A stretch of 64,000 nucleotides of DNA, from assembly GCA_965637545.1 (NCBI GenBank), contig OZ281499.1, positions 10,788,001-10,852,000 on the forward strand, in the 5' to 3' direction. Position numbers and translations under genes: made by a program. This document shows positions 25,131-39,379 of this stretch, one piece after another. The DNA comes from Phallusia mammillata (lineage: Eukaryota). Each line of letters starts with the position of its first letter. Position 1 is the stretch's first letter. The notes under the pieces were generated by a model. The model was given only the letters and a program-made list of their open reading frames with translations, searched no databases and was not told the origin of the DNA.

Positions 25131-26112
25131 AGTATGGTGGTACTAAATGTAGTTGGTTTTCGTTTATTCGCGCTCTACTGCAACGGGATGGCGAAAGAAC
25201 TTGATTTCACTTAGTCAGCCACTACTGATTTCAAAGCATACAAGGAGGCAAAGGGACTAAATTCGTGCAACTGTGGAAAAATGATTCTTGAACATAAAGT
25301 GAATTAGGTATTTGTAAGGTTTGCATAAAAAATGTAAAAATTGTGTACAAAAATATATATTCAACCACTCATTTTTATTTTGAAGTTTTTTTTATTAAAT
25401 AAACATGTCTATGCTCTTTTGTATGCCACATTTTGATATCTGGATGTCACAATTAACTATATTTCATGTTACAAAAAAAAAGAATTCATCTCAGTTTGTA
25501 CACAATAAAATATTTTGTATACATACAGATCGGACCAACACATTCAGCCTAACCAAAACAACCATGACACCATGCAAACCGACGAATTATATCATTGATT
25601 GGGTGAAACTGGATGTCCCTTGCTTTGAGCGATTTGTGGATTGTTTACACTCGTTCGAGCACTACTGGGTTTATCAAAAGCACAAAATCAACGTAAAGTG
25701 GAAATAAAGTGCATTTAACCAATATTGACGAATAAAAGGTATAACTACAACAAATATATAAAACATACCGCCATACGAAAATAGTTTTAAATAAGCTTAA
25801 AAAACATGCAACAAAAATAAAATTGTTATATACATTTGTTGTAATACTCAATTAACAGTAGGTTTTTCTTTGTTTATGTCTTTGCAACAGGAAAATCGTT
25901 GGCATCTTACATTTTTTTTTACCAGTAGGGAAGCCAGTGGAAAATCAAAATAAGTCAATATGTTTGCCGACTGGACCCTAGTAATTTATGTCTAAATTCC
26001 GCGTGAAAAGGCGAAGTTCGTCGTCAAAAAGAAGAAAAAAAAACAGTTGCAATGATGGGGTCCGACAGTCCAATTTGGGGTAGGTAGTAGGTGTTTGTTC
26101 ATCATTGCACAA

Positions 26113-26415
26113 ACTTCCTCCTGTTTATACTGTCGTTTCCGATTCAAGTTTCAAGTATAACACAGCCGCTCGTACCTTAGAAAACAAATAGCTCGGTTAG
26201 AGGGCGCTATGACTTTATAAACTTGCACATTTGCCATTAAATAAATTCTATAACCTAAAGAGAAAAAGGTTCACTGTAAACTAAAATTTTGCGCTACTTT
26301 AAATAACTGTTTTCTGCTTTTTTGGCCTTCGATTTTTCTCTCATTGTGGAGGTGAAAGCTAGTTTAATCGTTCGCCTTTGAAACGTTTAGTCAAGAATGC
26401 AGAGAAAGAAAAGAA
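26113..26415. repeat. Dispersed repeat, copy 2 (see 22085-22440)
   Basis: Same colinear blocks as copy 1. Confidence 0.75.
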
Positions 26416-27411
26416 ACGCTTTTTGTATGCAGCCAGGTTTTTTTTAAGGTTTGGTTTGGGTGACCGCTAAATAGTTTTAAGAGACCGCAAGTGTTTCATT
26501 TAAATACCAAAAAATAGCCATTTCCAAATTTTGGGAAACCGCTGGAGAAAACCGAAACGGTCCCCCCAAACACCTTAAAAAACACTGTATGCAGCTATCA
26601 ATTACGTGCAATGCAAAACTCAGGATTTCAAGATATAATTCGCAAGAGAACCTCAAGAATTTCAGCACGCTCTAAAGCGGCTAGATTTTTCACAACTTCA
26701 GAACCAATCGCTGAAGGCGTTTAGGCAGGTGGACACACTGCCCCAGCCAGGGTTCGACGTTTAGAGCTATCAAGCGAAGCGAAGCGTGAAATAAACCGCT
26801 GGTCAACAATTCAAAACGCAGTTCCAGTTTTTGAGTGGGTCTGTGATAAGTTTCATTCAAAAACATTTGCCCAGCTGTTCATTGGAGGCACAGATCGCGC
26901 CAAATGAATTCCTAGACCGACTGCATAATAACTTAGTCGGGGGTTCGCTGAAGAGACTACGACAAACTAGATTTGAATTATACTAAATAATTATCCTGAG
27001 TACCGATTTTGGGGGCGCTTGGCAACACAATTTCGGAAATCTCTAGTCTATTTATTTGTGTATGACTTGCAATGAATTAAAACCATCACTGCTTTGCCTG
27101 TCCATTCATTGCTTAGCTTTTGCAAACCTTGTTTAATCAAAACAGTGGTCAACATTCATCATCGATGTTCACCAAGCATGGTATTGTAGGGTTTAAAAAA
27201 ATGTTTCGTAATTACGCCATTTATCCGTGGCAATAAAATAAAGACATTGTGTTGAATATTTTGTTTTTATTAGGTCACATTGCTGTAAATTGGAATCAAT
27301 CTAGCTGTGTGAAATATTCTACGCCAGGGCAGCATTCGGTAAATATTAAGGTCACATTTTTACTCACCTCCTACTAACATTTGTTTCAGCAGATCTAATC
27401 TACCATATAAC

Positions 27412-30400
27412 ATGGGAAAAGAAGAAGTAAGCATTGACTGGGAGGCTATGTCAAGCGACGTTTTAGTGTTCTACGTAAACGGTAAAAAGGTTCGTTAAAA
27501 ATATCTTGACATTGTAATACAATAACGTTACACAAATCACATAGTCTACTCTAGACATACATATAATTTATTACATTACAGATTATCGAGAAGTCACCTG
27601 ATCCGGAAATCACTTTACTGACGTATCTGCGAGTAAAATGTAAGTTACTGCTGCGCGTTTAGTACCTTAGTGCCGAATCAAATATGTTCGCAAAACATTC
27701 TGTCAAATTTTAGACGACAAACGAATGAACAATTGTTTCTAGTTTGTGCTTAGTTTGTTTGTAGTTGGTGCCTGTAATAAAATTTAAATATTGTTGTAAA
27801 GGGGCAACAATGAGAAATATGAACAAAGTGTGTGGAAAATCAATTAAAATACAACCGTGAAAATAAAAAGTATGTAAAAACAAACAAAAATATATTTAAT
27901 CCATAAAATCAGGAAACCTATAATAAAAACAAAAGCAGTGATGGTGTATTATCCATAACAATGAGCGCTCATTGCACTAACACATGTGCAAAATACATGC
28001 AGTGCGTCTTACCGGATCCAAGTTAGGATGTGGGGAAGGAGGATGTGGAGCTTGCACTGTTATGATCTCAAAGTGGGATCACATCAACAGGAAGATCATG
28101 TTAGTTGAACTGTGTATTATGCAACTAAGACGTTAACAACAAACTACTTTCTGTGCAGCCATTTCTCGGCAAACGCGTGTTTAGCTCAAGTTGTTTCAGT
28201 GCATGGATGTGCTGTTACTACAGTAGAGGGAATCGGCAGCACCAAGACCAAGTTGCATGCAGTGCAGGTATTGCGGAAAATATATCATTTTATTTAAGAT
28301 GTGCTAATTCTTCCCTCTTGACAAAAAAATCAGGAGCGACTTGCAAAATTTCATGGTTCTCAATGTGGTTTCTGCACCCCCGGCATTGTGATGTCAATGT
28401 ACGCATTGTTGCGTAACAAATCAGTGCCAAGTGCTGAAGATATCGAAGAGTGCTTGCAGGGAAATCTATGTCGATGCACAGGATACAGACCTATATTAAG
28501 TGGTATGTTTTTTACTGGGGCAAAAAGCTTTTATCCTGCCCCATCTTGTTTTGTTTTTTTGTTTAATTTTGAAACAATTTTTTTTGAAAAGTAAAAAAGC
28601 AAAGACCTCATTGCCTTTTCAGCACTTAATACGTTCACCGGTGGGACATCTGGTTGTCCGATGGGAATAGAATGCTGCAAAAACAAACAAGTTGCAAACG
28701 GTAATGACTTGGGCATTGCTGTTATATGACAAACTGCTACATTTTTCATTTTTTTATTTCGCTTAACATAGTGTGCATAATCTGCTGCCGCGAAGACATT
28801 TTTGCAGCCTTAATTTTAATACATGTGTATTAAAATTAATGTAACGGGGGCATTTAATTCATTAAACTTTTTTGATAGACATTTGGCTTTAAGAGACTGG
28901 CCTAAATGGATGGTTTAGGCCGGAAACGTTACTACCGGTCGTATGCGTTACAGTAGCCCAGGGGTCACCAACCCTATGCCCGCGGGCACCTGGTCGCCCG
29001 TTGGATCATTTTCAGTCGCCCGGTGAATGGTTCTAGAAATAGCCTGCTTCTGCACAAAATCCTGTGCCTTACGAAGATTGTATTAGTAATGCAAGGCGTT
29101 TATCTAACCATGGGCATTTATTCCTTACCAAAGCATTGTGCAACAATCGTGACATTCGACTGTTACGTCATACGCGCGGTAATAAATGTCAGTTAGTGAA
29201 CAATATTTCGTTACAATATTTCCCTGCGTATTTTGTTTGCTAAAATGTTGTAGACTGGGGCTCAAACACGCGGGCCACATGCAGCCCTCCATGAGTTTTT
29301 GTTCGAGCCACGAAGCATTGGAAATTGAAAGTTGCGCTTCACTAGGGGGCAAGTGTAGGTCCGGCGAGCGACTAAATGTGATACCATCGAGTTAAAGTGT
29401 TAATTACTAAAACGAGTACAAAGTTTGTCAGCAGTGCTGTTTTGAAACGACACAAATATCAAGCATAAAATGATGACAAAGCTGCGGCAACTGTTTTTTA
29501 CAATACTTGATTTTTTTAAATTCAAATCTGCAATAAATTAGCGTAATGAGTTGCCGAAATAACGACAACCCAACGGAACCAACCAGCGACACAATTTTTC
29601 GTCGCGACCTAGTGTAGTAGCGTCCAGGACCGCTTAGTAAGAATAGTAATAATGTTTTGAAAGAAATCGGGCTCTATTTTCGTTTGGATGAAATTCGTGA
29701 CATGTAAGTTTGAACAATATCACTTTGACAATGACACAAAACACATTTTATTTGAACACATTGCTTCAACATGTTTGTACTTATGTTTTGAACTGGTAGC
29801 CCTCGAGCCATTTGGTTATCTTAAGGTAGCCTTCGGGTTTCAAAAGGTTGGTGACCCCTGCAGTAGCCAAACGCGTTTTTATAAGTCTAATATATGAGAA
29901 CAATTAAACAAACAGGCCACAAAAAACGTAACAATGTAGATGGTAATGTCATAAACATTAAACTGATTGCCAAATCGTTTAGCTGAATCAATAGATATAG
30001 TAAGGAAAAATCTAGTCTTTCTGGCGTCAGTGGATGCGATAGTATCAGAGAAACATTTTTTCTTTACATCAGTAATACAGTAATGGAAAACATAGAAACA
30101 TTTGGCAGCCGTTGGTAAAATAAGAACCTTTGATGTGGCCGTTATAGCCTAATTGTTTACCCCTAGCTTATTGGTAGACTACAACATCCGGGGCTACTTA
30201 TTTATCATGTTATCTAGGAACATCTGATAAAAATTCGCTGAGTAATGATGATCCCCATTCTGCCGAATCAGTTTGTTTCAGCAAATACGAGAGAACACAA
30301 GAAATCATGTTTCCACCAGACCTGTTGGTATGTATGTTTGCTGGACAAAGCGTTAACGTGGCCTCTTTATGAATATTTTTGTGTACCATGCGTGGTCTCA

Positions 30401-33400
30401 TCCTTAAATGAAATCAATTTGTTAACTTAATCCGTTGCAAAACTCTTAAATCTTGCAAACTCTTAAATCTTTTTTTTTAGATAGAATCCAAATCTGAGGA
30501 GCTAAAAATACTAAAATTCGTCGGAGAACGCGTCACGTGGTTTCGACCTACGTCACTTCAAGGGTTGGTCGAGTTAAAATCCATTTACCCTGATGCTCAG
30601 TTGGTGAATGGAAACACTGAAATCGGGGTGGAAGCAAATGTTCGGGGGCGATATTTTAAATATATTGTAACCCCCCTTGACGTGAAAGAGTTGAAAACAA
30701 TATCGGTGGACAAAAAAGGTATTTTCTGTAGTTTAACAAGGTCATTAACATAACTCAAAACCTTGTCAATGTGGTATCAACACCTTTGTTTATTGGGTAT
30801 TTCGATTTAATATCACTGTGTCTTGTGAAAATTAAACCGAACTATTTGGGGGTTTATATTAAATTTTACGATTTAATGACCATTACAAATATCTTGCATA
30901 ATTTGTACAGGAGTAAACATTGGGTCATCATGTACAATCAGTCAAATTAAGGAGGAACTTCAGAGCTTCATTGATTCGGGAAATTTTCCGAAGTATCAAA
31001 CACAATGTCTGGAATCCCTGGTTGAAATGATTTATTGGTTTGCTGGTGATCAGATACGAAACGTTGCGGTGAGGTTAAGAAATACAAAATAGATACAAGT
31101 AAATGTTGTGATCTTGAGTGAACATAAACGAATTTAATTTGTGTTGTGCAACGTATTGGTGCCCCGAGTAAGCAGTCGGTGGTAATATTAGTAAACGTCG
31201 GAATAGTGCATCCAAAAAAGATTTTTTGCAATCATCAATCTATTTTTTAAAAGTACATCTGCAATATTATAATTAAGATATACTATGTATAAAGCTTTTC
31301 ACTAATTCTGCTCATTGCTACTTTTACAAGCTTACTAGTAGGATTATTATCACTAAAAATTTACATAATTTTCGCATAATCAACTAATTTTGTTGTTTCG
31401 AATCAAGTTGGTAGCAACATGCTGCTGTTTTTTCTTTCAAATTTAGCTGAATAATGTTTAAATGTTCACTTAACTACAAAATGATCCGAGACATCTAATT
31501 GTATTTCACATGTTTTTAACTTTTCCATTACTTGCTTGATTTGAATTTTGAAGTACGTAATACTTACTGGGTGCAGTTAATACTGGCGTGGAGTCACTGG
31601 AGTGTAAATTATTATGTTGTTGGTTCTGCATTTGTTTATTTTTTAGAATAGGTTTATTACGATGGAAACACACGTTGAAGTGCTTTTTTAAATTTTTACG
31701 TCACAAAAACACCACTTTATTGTTTAACAAAGTTGATTATCCACATATAAGGTATCTGAAGGTATATAGGCCCGGAAGGTAATAAGGCCCACTGCTAATA
31801 TTTTTTATGTGCCAGAAAAAATGCTTCGGTTTTGATGTAATTTTAAAATATATATGTACTTAAAATGATTTACAAAGTTTTGGACCTGCAAGTTATATGT
31901 AATTGTTATCATGACCAATCCAAATTAAGAAGTGTTTATTTTCAACTTTTTATTATTTTTTGTTAAAATTGGTAACAAAAATGAAAAGGTTGTGTTGTCG
32001 AAATAAAAACTTATATTAGTAATGGGGTCATTTTAGTTTAATTGGAGCATTATCCGATCTGTAAAAAAGAATTACTTCAAATAAATTTTATTACGGTTTT
32101 GTTTGTCAGCCATTGCTTGCAATAAGGCCCAACGATAATTTGTCATTTTCTCAAGTGTCTTTTATACTGAAGGCGACTGATATGCACAAAATTTGCTTTT
32201 TTGCTTTCTTAGGGAGATAAAAAGTCCGAATAAGATGTTTGTAGAAGTAATCTTTCATTGGTATTTTTGGTTATCAAATGTCAAGGGATCGTTTATTCTT
32301 TTTTTTAGTACCTTCAGATTAACAGTTATATGTCTTAGTTAACAGTACATGTGTAATATGAGTTAATAACTATGCTTGTTTGAACTTTTATTTGACCGAA
32401 GCATAGTATAAACGAGTCTGATTGGTTTCTAGACTATTTTTAAAAACATGAAAATGTTGGGCTTTATTAACAGCATAGGTTTGTATTAAGGCCCAAGTTT
32501 TAATTTTTTTAAAACTGTTATCCTACAAAAACAAAACTTGCAAACGTCCTCAAAATCTAATGGATGCTTAATATCAACCTCTGCAACAATCATGCCGATT
32601 TTGGCCTGGAACGGTTAAATGGTTTTTCAGTTATACGCAATAGTTTTTTAATGGGCCTTGTTAGCTGCAGGTACCTGTGTTTAATACTTACGAAACAATG
32701 ATTGATTGAAATTAAGCAAAAATTATTTGATAAACTTTAAATCATTAAAACTTTCCAATACGCCATTAATTATATACATTTAATAAGCCCCTAACAAGCG
32801 TTTAATGGCACAATAAACATTTAACATAGGCGATTGGAGGCAACATAATGACGGCAAGTCCCATCTCAGATCTCAATCCAATCCTGATGGCAAACGAAAG
32901 TATTGCTACGTTCAGATTACATTCTCGTGCTAAAGATCGACAAGTTTTGATGGATCAAAGTTTCTTCCCCATATACAGGACGACATGTGCAGAGAAGGGC
33001 GAAGTTCTTATTTCTGTTCATCTTCCATTCAATGCCAAGGCAAGTATTTAATAGAGGTATAGAAGTGCTGAATTAGTTACAACATTTTCAACTAGGACCA
33101 GTACATGAAAGCTTACAAGCAATCCAAACGACGGGAAGACGATATTGCTATCGTGAATGCAGCCATGCGTGTCGTCTTTCATCCAGGAACTTGCAAAGTG
33201 CTCAAATTTGTTGCCGCATTTGGTGGAATGGCTGCTACTTCAGTTATGCCAGAAAATACCATGCAAAATATGATTGGAAGGTCGGTGTTTCTATTTTTTT
33301 TAATGCATTAGTCTTTCCTTAACTTATTTGGCTTTGTACAGAGATTGGAACGAAGCTTTATTGGATGATGTTCTGATATGGTTGCGAAAAGATCTTCCGT

Positions 33401-36400
33401 TGCGTCTGGATGCTCCAGGAGGGATGGTGGAATACAGGGAAAGTCTTGCAGCAAGCTTCTTTTTCAAATTCTTTCTTTATGTCAAAGATTGTCTCATTAA
33501 AAGTGGGCTGGTGAGGGCGTTAGGAAAAATTTTGAAATCTGATTCCGAACCTTGAAATTCATATTGATTATGTGTGATATCTGTAGGTTGAAAATAGTTT
33601 ATCGACTCAAAATGTTACAGCATTTGCGCCATCAAATACAATTCATGTTCCAATGAGTACAAGGACTTGGCAAGATGTAAGTAAATTAACGTTAGTCGTG
33701 ATTTACTAAATGAATTCTGCTTTAGTAACGCAGTTTAGATATGAGCTGTAACATCATATTAACATAGCCGTTACAAAAGCTTTTCAGTCACTGGGTGCCT
33801 TTGTTTTTTTGAAGCACTCAAATTTTGACGAAAATGTTCGAGTCGTGAAATGCTTCTTTTGCTATTTGTAAGGTCATGTGCACCGTGTATAATTTGTCAA
33901 AACAAGTTACCTAAATTTGAAGTACATCTTACATGGAGACTAAGGCATGCTTGTTTTTATAATCTATATTTATACGTAATGTGTTGACAAGATTTTCCAG
34001 TGTGTGTGATTTTCTGACCAAATCGTTAATACATGTACACTAATTTCAAGATCCATTTACATTTTACACCATATGTTGTGTTTTATAGGCGACACATGGA
34101 CAGCCGCATGATGACATGGTTGGTCGACCAATCCAACATGTATCCGGCTACAAACACACAACTGGTGAAGCTGTATATGTTGATGACATGCCAACATTTT
34201 CAGGTTGGTTTATAAAGCCCGCTTTTTATCAGAAGCAAACCAAATTGTGCTACTGCAAAATATATTGACACAATCACAACGTTCTTTCTTCTGTTATACT
34301 GGTGATCAAAACCTTGTCCGAATTGGGTTTACATTTTCTACTTTTGGGTCATTTGAACCCGAGCTGCAACGTTTAAAACTGTTTCCAGATGAGTTGTACT
34401 TGTGGTTGGTTACAAGTTCCCGACCTCATGCTTACATCAAAAAGGTTGACATTAGCAAAGCAGTGACATGCAAAGGATTTGTGACGTATGTAGACCATCG
34501 TGACGTGCCAGGAACCAACGAAATATCGATTTGCGGCGATTTGTGCGAGGTGTTTGCAACGAGGAAGGTAAACTTAAAATGACTAGCATGCAAACTCAGC
34601 TAAAAAGTATGGTTTGAGCAGTTATGTTTGTTACCTCAGGTTACGTGCATTGGACAAACCATTGGAGCAGTTGTAGCTGACACACAGGCTCACGCTCAAA
34701 GAGCTGCTCAGACGGTGAAAATCGATTACGAGGATATATCACCTTTAATCATCACCATTGAAGTAATAATTAAACTTGACATAAACATGCTTGTTTGTAA
34801 CACCTGTTTTGGAAAAGTAATGTGTATATTTTTTCATAATTCTTTGAAGGATGCTATGCATCATCAGTCCTACTTTGACATCTCCAAGAAACTAGTTCAT
34901 GGTGACGCAATCACTGCCATGGCAACGTGCGATCACGTGATTGAGGGAGAAGTCAGGTTAGGTGTAAAATGAAATCGGTAGCAGAAGACGATTTGTGTGT
35001 TTACGTTTTGTCAATAAATTCACAGAATAGGAGGTCAAGAACATTTCTACCTGGAGACACAAGCGTGCATCGCAGTTCCGAAGACCGAAGATGGAGAAAT
35101 AGAGATGTTCTGTTCATCTCAAGATCCATCTATGCTTCAACGCACGGTATTGTGTAATATTATAATGACGGGATTGGCTAAATGTAACGAATTTCATGTT
35201 GAATGTTATGAATGGTATATTTATGTGTGATTTCTCACAGACGGCAACATTGCTTGGAGTAGAAGCAAACAAAGTGGTAATCAGAGTTAAAAGGATGGGA
35301 GGAGGATTCGGAGGCAAGGAAACTCGGTTTCTCGTTGTCAGTAATCCTGTAGCAGTTGCGGCACATAAGTAGGTTATTAAAAGAAAAATGGCATATCGAT
35401 GCATGATTAGATTAACATTACTAATATACCTAAGATGTGGCAAAGCAGTGAGATGTATGTTGAGCAGAAAGGAGGACATGATTATCACTGGAGGGCGTCA
35501 TCCATTTTTCGCCAAGTACAAGGTCTTAATTTTAAGAAAACCTGTTAAGTTAGTTTATTTACTTTGTTTGTTTGTATCCGTGAACTAGGATCTTACAGAC
35601 CTATAAAATTTCTGTAGAGGGCTGATGATCTAGTAATCTACTTTGATGTTATGCTTTAAAATATATGTTGTTTTTCGACACAGGTTGGATTTATGAGAGA
35701 CGGAAAACTTGCGGCTTTAATTCTTGACCTTTATAGTAACGGCGGTAACACACTTGATCATTCAGAATCTGTACTAATTAAAGCAATTTTACAGAGCGAC
35801 AACTGTTATAGGTGAGTCTTATTTATTGTGTTTAATGCCCAAATTACAACAGCAACAAATGAGAAAGAAGTATGTCGGCTTTTAATTGGCCATTACTGTG
35901 GGCCAATGTTCAGTGACTTTTAGCTAATTGACTAATACTGGCTTTTAGGGTCCTCCACCACTCCATATAAAATTTTGAAAGTAGATCAACCTGTATTAAA
36001 TTTTTTTCTCATAGAATGCCAAATGTTCTGATACGGGGGAAAATTTGCAAGACCAACATTTCTACAACGAACGCCTTTCGTGGCTTTGGTACACCACAAG
36101 CAATAATGATAGTTGAGACTTGGATGACGAGAATTGCCGAATCTTTAAACATGACACATGAACAGGTTGGTAAGAGGTACAAATTTGGGCTATGCAATGT
36201 ATAGGGGTGACTTGTTAAAATTACGTTATGAGTTTCTGTAGGCTATAGCCTACAACATATTTTTTTCGACAATCAGACGACAGCCCGAAAATTAAAAATC
36301 GCCCTTCGTCGTTTCATTATGCAGCAAGACGAAACGCAATATTTGAAAACAGAGTCATCAGTAATTTAACATTTTTGTAAGCGTGTAGCAAAAGGTTAAA

Positions 36401-39012
36401 GTTACTTTCTGCGCAAGGCAAGCAAATCTTTTATAACTAGCTTCAATTCAAATCATGAAAATTGTTCAGTTGCGGGATTTAAATATGTACAAGGAGGAAG
36501 ATGTAACACATTTCAACCAAAAACTTGATTCGTTTCAAGCCAGAAGATGCTGGGAAGAAGTAATTGAGAAATCAAAGATGGTTCAGAGAAAAGAACAAAT
36601 TGCACAGTTTAACCAACAAAGCAGGTTTGCTTGTTTTTCAAATTAATATATTTTTTTCACGATAACAGTTAAACGAAAGCCAGGAAATATGAAATGTAAA
36701 CAAACCAAAAAATAATCACATATGGTCGTAGAGTTTGCACATCATTTTGGTAAAAGAGAGCAGCAGTGTTTTTGTTGATATATTTATTTGTCCTTAGTTT
36801 TTTGATACTTTTTATTGTCAACTTACTGTCATATTCTATATATAGGTGGCACAAAAGAGGCATTGCCTGCATTCCGCTACAATATGGAATAGGTTATCCT
36901 TATAGGTGGTGTCATGGTGGTGCATTAGTTCACGTTTACAATGACGGTTCAGTTTATTTATCACATGGAGGGACTGAAATGGGACAAGGATTACACACCA
37001 AGATGTTACAGGTAATACTTGCAGATTTTTTAAATTAGCAACAACACGATTTAAAATTTGTTCTGTTAAGCAGATTTAAGATTTGTTTCTTTTGTAAATT
37101 TAATATCACACAACACAAATAGAATATTAATCATAATTGTTTGCAAAAAAGGTTGCAGGAAGGTGCCTTGGCATACCTTTGTCGAGAATTCACACACGTG
37201 AGACGAGTACAGCTAGTGTTCCCAACACAAGATCGACAGCAGCAAGTTTCAGCACAGATCTTAACGGAATGGCAGTGAAGGTGTGTTGGTCAAAGTCAAC
37301 CTATTTTGTTGGCTGAACTTCAAACAATCAACACATCCAACAAAGAATAACCAAAGTTCGTTTGTTTCAGGATGCGTGTGACACGATTATGGAAAGACTA
37401 CATCCGTTGAGAAAACAATATCCTGACTTGGAATGGAACGATTTGATAATGAAAGCTTACAATGAACGAATCTGCCTCTCTGCCACTGGTTATCACAAGT
37501 GAGAACACCAAACTCAACTAAAAATCCGCGCAGTAATTGTGTCGGCAAATACCTTCATGTTAATGTCCCTTGCCGTTGGATACTTGTTTTTTACATTCTT
37601 CAAGTTTAGGGGGGTGTATATCAATTAAAGCATAAGCTTTATCTTCTTTTCTTTAGGACACCTGGAATGTTTTCCGCATGGGATGCTGAAACAGGCATAG
37701 TCGAAGGTCGCACTGCTTGTTATTTTTCGTACGGTGCAGCTGTGTCCGAAGTCGAGGTGGACTGCTTGACCGGTGATCACGTGGTGCTTCAAACTGATAT
37801 TGTGATGGATGTTGGAAGAAGTATTAACCCTGCTATCGATATTGGACAGGTGTGCAAAATTTCAAAGACAGTACATTCACCCTAAACAATAATTCGATAT
37901 TAATTATAGCAATATAAACCGGATAAAAGACGCGAAAACTTAGTAATAGACATATTGTTTTGTTGCAGATTGAAGGAGCGTTTGTTCAGGGTTACGGGTT
38001 GTTTACCATGGAGGAGCCCTTGCACACCCCTGGTGGTCAAGTCATTACGTCAGGACCTGGAGTGTATAAGATTCCTGGTTTCGGAGACTGTCCACGAAAG
38101 TTCAATGTGCACCTTTTAAGAAACTCTGATAATGACCGAGCAATCTATTCATCTAAGGTACAACACCAAAGTTTAAATAAATTTTGTTGTGGTTTAACTT
38201 TAATTCTGCTTTACTATGTGCAAATTAACAAGCCTGACCTCTGGTACAATTTACTGAGAATTAAATTCAGACGAAGTAGGAATTTTTTGATTTTAATTTT
38301 TAACTGTTGTTACAGAACTATTTCGACTGCTTTGTAAATTTGGGTAAACAATCTTTTTGGTGTTGATGTTAAAACTCAACCGACCCCTTATGCCTAATTC
38401 TTTCTTTCACCTAAGTTTACGTTTCTACTCAGAGCTAGAAAATAGAGGGTAAAGGACAACAACAATAAAGTGAAAAGCTTAAGTGGATAAAGATTGAAGA
38501 CAGTAAAAACTAAGTCAGGTGTGAAAGTGAAAAGTGAAACAAATAAGCAGACACAGATGTTCAAACAATTGGGTAGAAAATGTTGCATAATCAACATAAA
38601 ATGAAAGTGAACAAAAACACAACTCGCTGCTATATTTTATTCTTGCCTATACAAAACATTAACTTATATTGTTTGACTAAACGTTTTTAAAAAATGTTGT
38701 AACATACCAATATATTCACTTGTAGGCTATAGGAGAACCACCACTTTGTCTAGCTTCTTCGGTGTTTTTTGCAATCAAAGACGCGATTGGATTTGCTCGG
38801 GAAGAATCGGGATTGCTCGGATGGTTTCAACTCGACTCCCCAGCAACGTCCGAATCAATCCGAATGGCATGTGGAGATTGTTTCACAAAACAGGTTTGCG
38901 TCCGCAACTATCTCTGTTTGTACTAAAGTGTAAAAACAACTATTTTTAGCATGAACATCACATAAACCTCAAAGAAGAGAAGCACCTAACATCATGGAGC
39001 ATTCGAGCCTGA
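27412..39012 (+). CDS. Xanthine dehydrogenase/aldehyde oxidase family paralogue B (30 exons, 1359 aa)
   Basis: Exons: 27412-27489, 27582-27639, 28003-28099, 28159-28267, 28334-28502, 28623-28700, 30218-30327, 30481-30718, 30911-31068, 32830-33039 (GC donor), 33096-33280, 33342-33510, 33587-33676, 34089-34203, 34389-34567, 34640-34762, 34850-34956, 35026-35146, 35241-35368, 35435-35522, 35684-35811, 36015-36165, 36470-36624, 36846-37011, 37152-37280, 37371-37498, 37657-37849, 37969-38157, 38726-38893, 38950-39012 (4080 nt, open). Same motifs and intron positions as XDH-A. Confidence 0.95.
28959..29860. mobile_element. Non-autonomous hAT element in XDH-B intron 6
   Basis: Perfect 15-bp TIRs CAGGGGTCACCAACC / GGTTGGTGACCCCTG; perfect TSD CAGTAGCC. 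A second hAT-like end near 29255 suggests a composite element. Confidence 0.9.
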
Positions 39013-39379
39013 TAAACACTTCTGTTCTGAATCACCTTTCTGTGGTTTTTCTACTGCAACAATATTATATTTAATTGCTTTCGAGTTGCAGCGGCTGCTT
39101 GCCATAATTGAAGTACGAATGTGCACATGCTATGTATTGATCTAATATAATTCTGCTCTTAAAATAAAATGCAAAATATGAGCGTGATATAAGCAGAGTG
39201 AAGACCGACAGTTGGCGACAGACTTCGGAAACATATATACTTTTGCAAAAACAACACCAATTAAGTAAATGTGGAAGAACCGCTGCTTTGTTCGAACCTA
39301 TAGCTTCAACAATGACACCACCGCCATCAGATTGTTAAACTTAGTCAAACCACATGGCCACATGGACTGCTGTTAGTAC

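Noticed and set aside
30075-30115. Candidate extra XDH-B exon after ATACAG|
   Set aside because: It hits TAA in frame, and exons 6 and 7 join in phase without it.
30436-30470. 17-nt tandem duplication before the XDH-B exon 8 acceptor, and a similar GAAATTTATTGAAACCG duplication near 6404-6455
   Set aside because: Neither duplicates an AG or alters coding; ordinary slippage.
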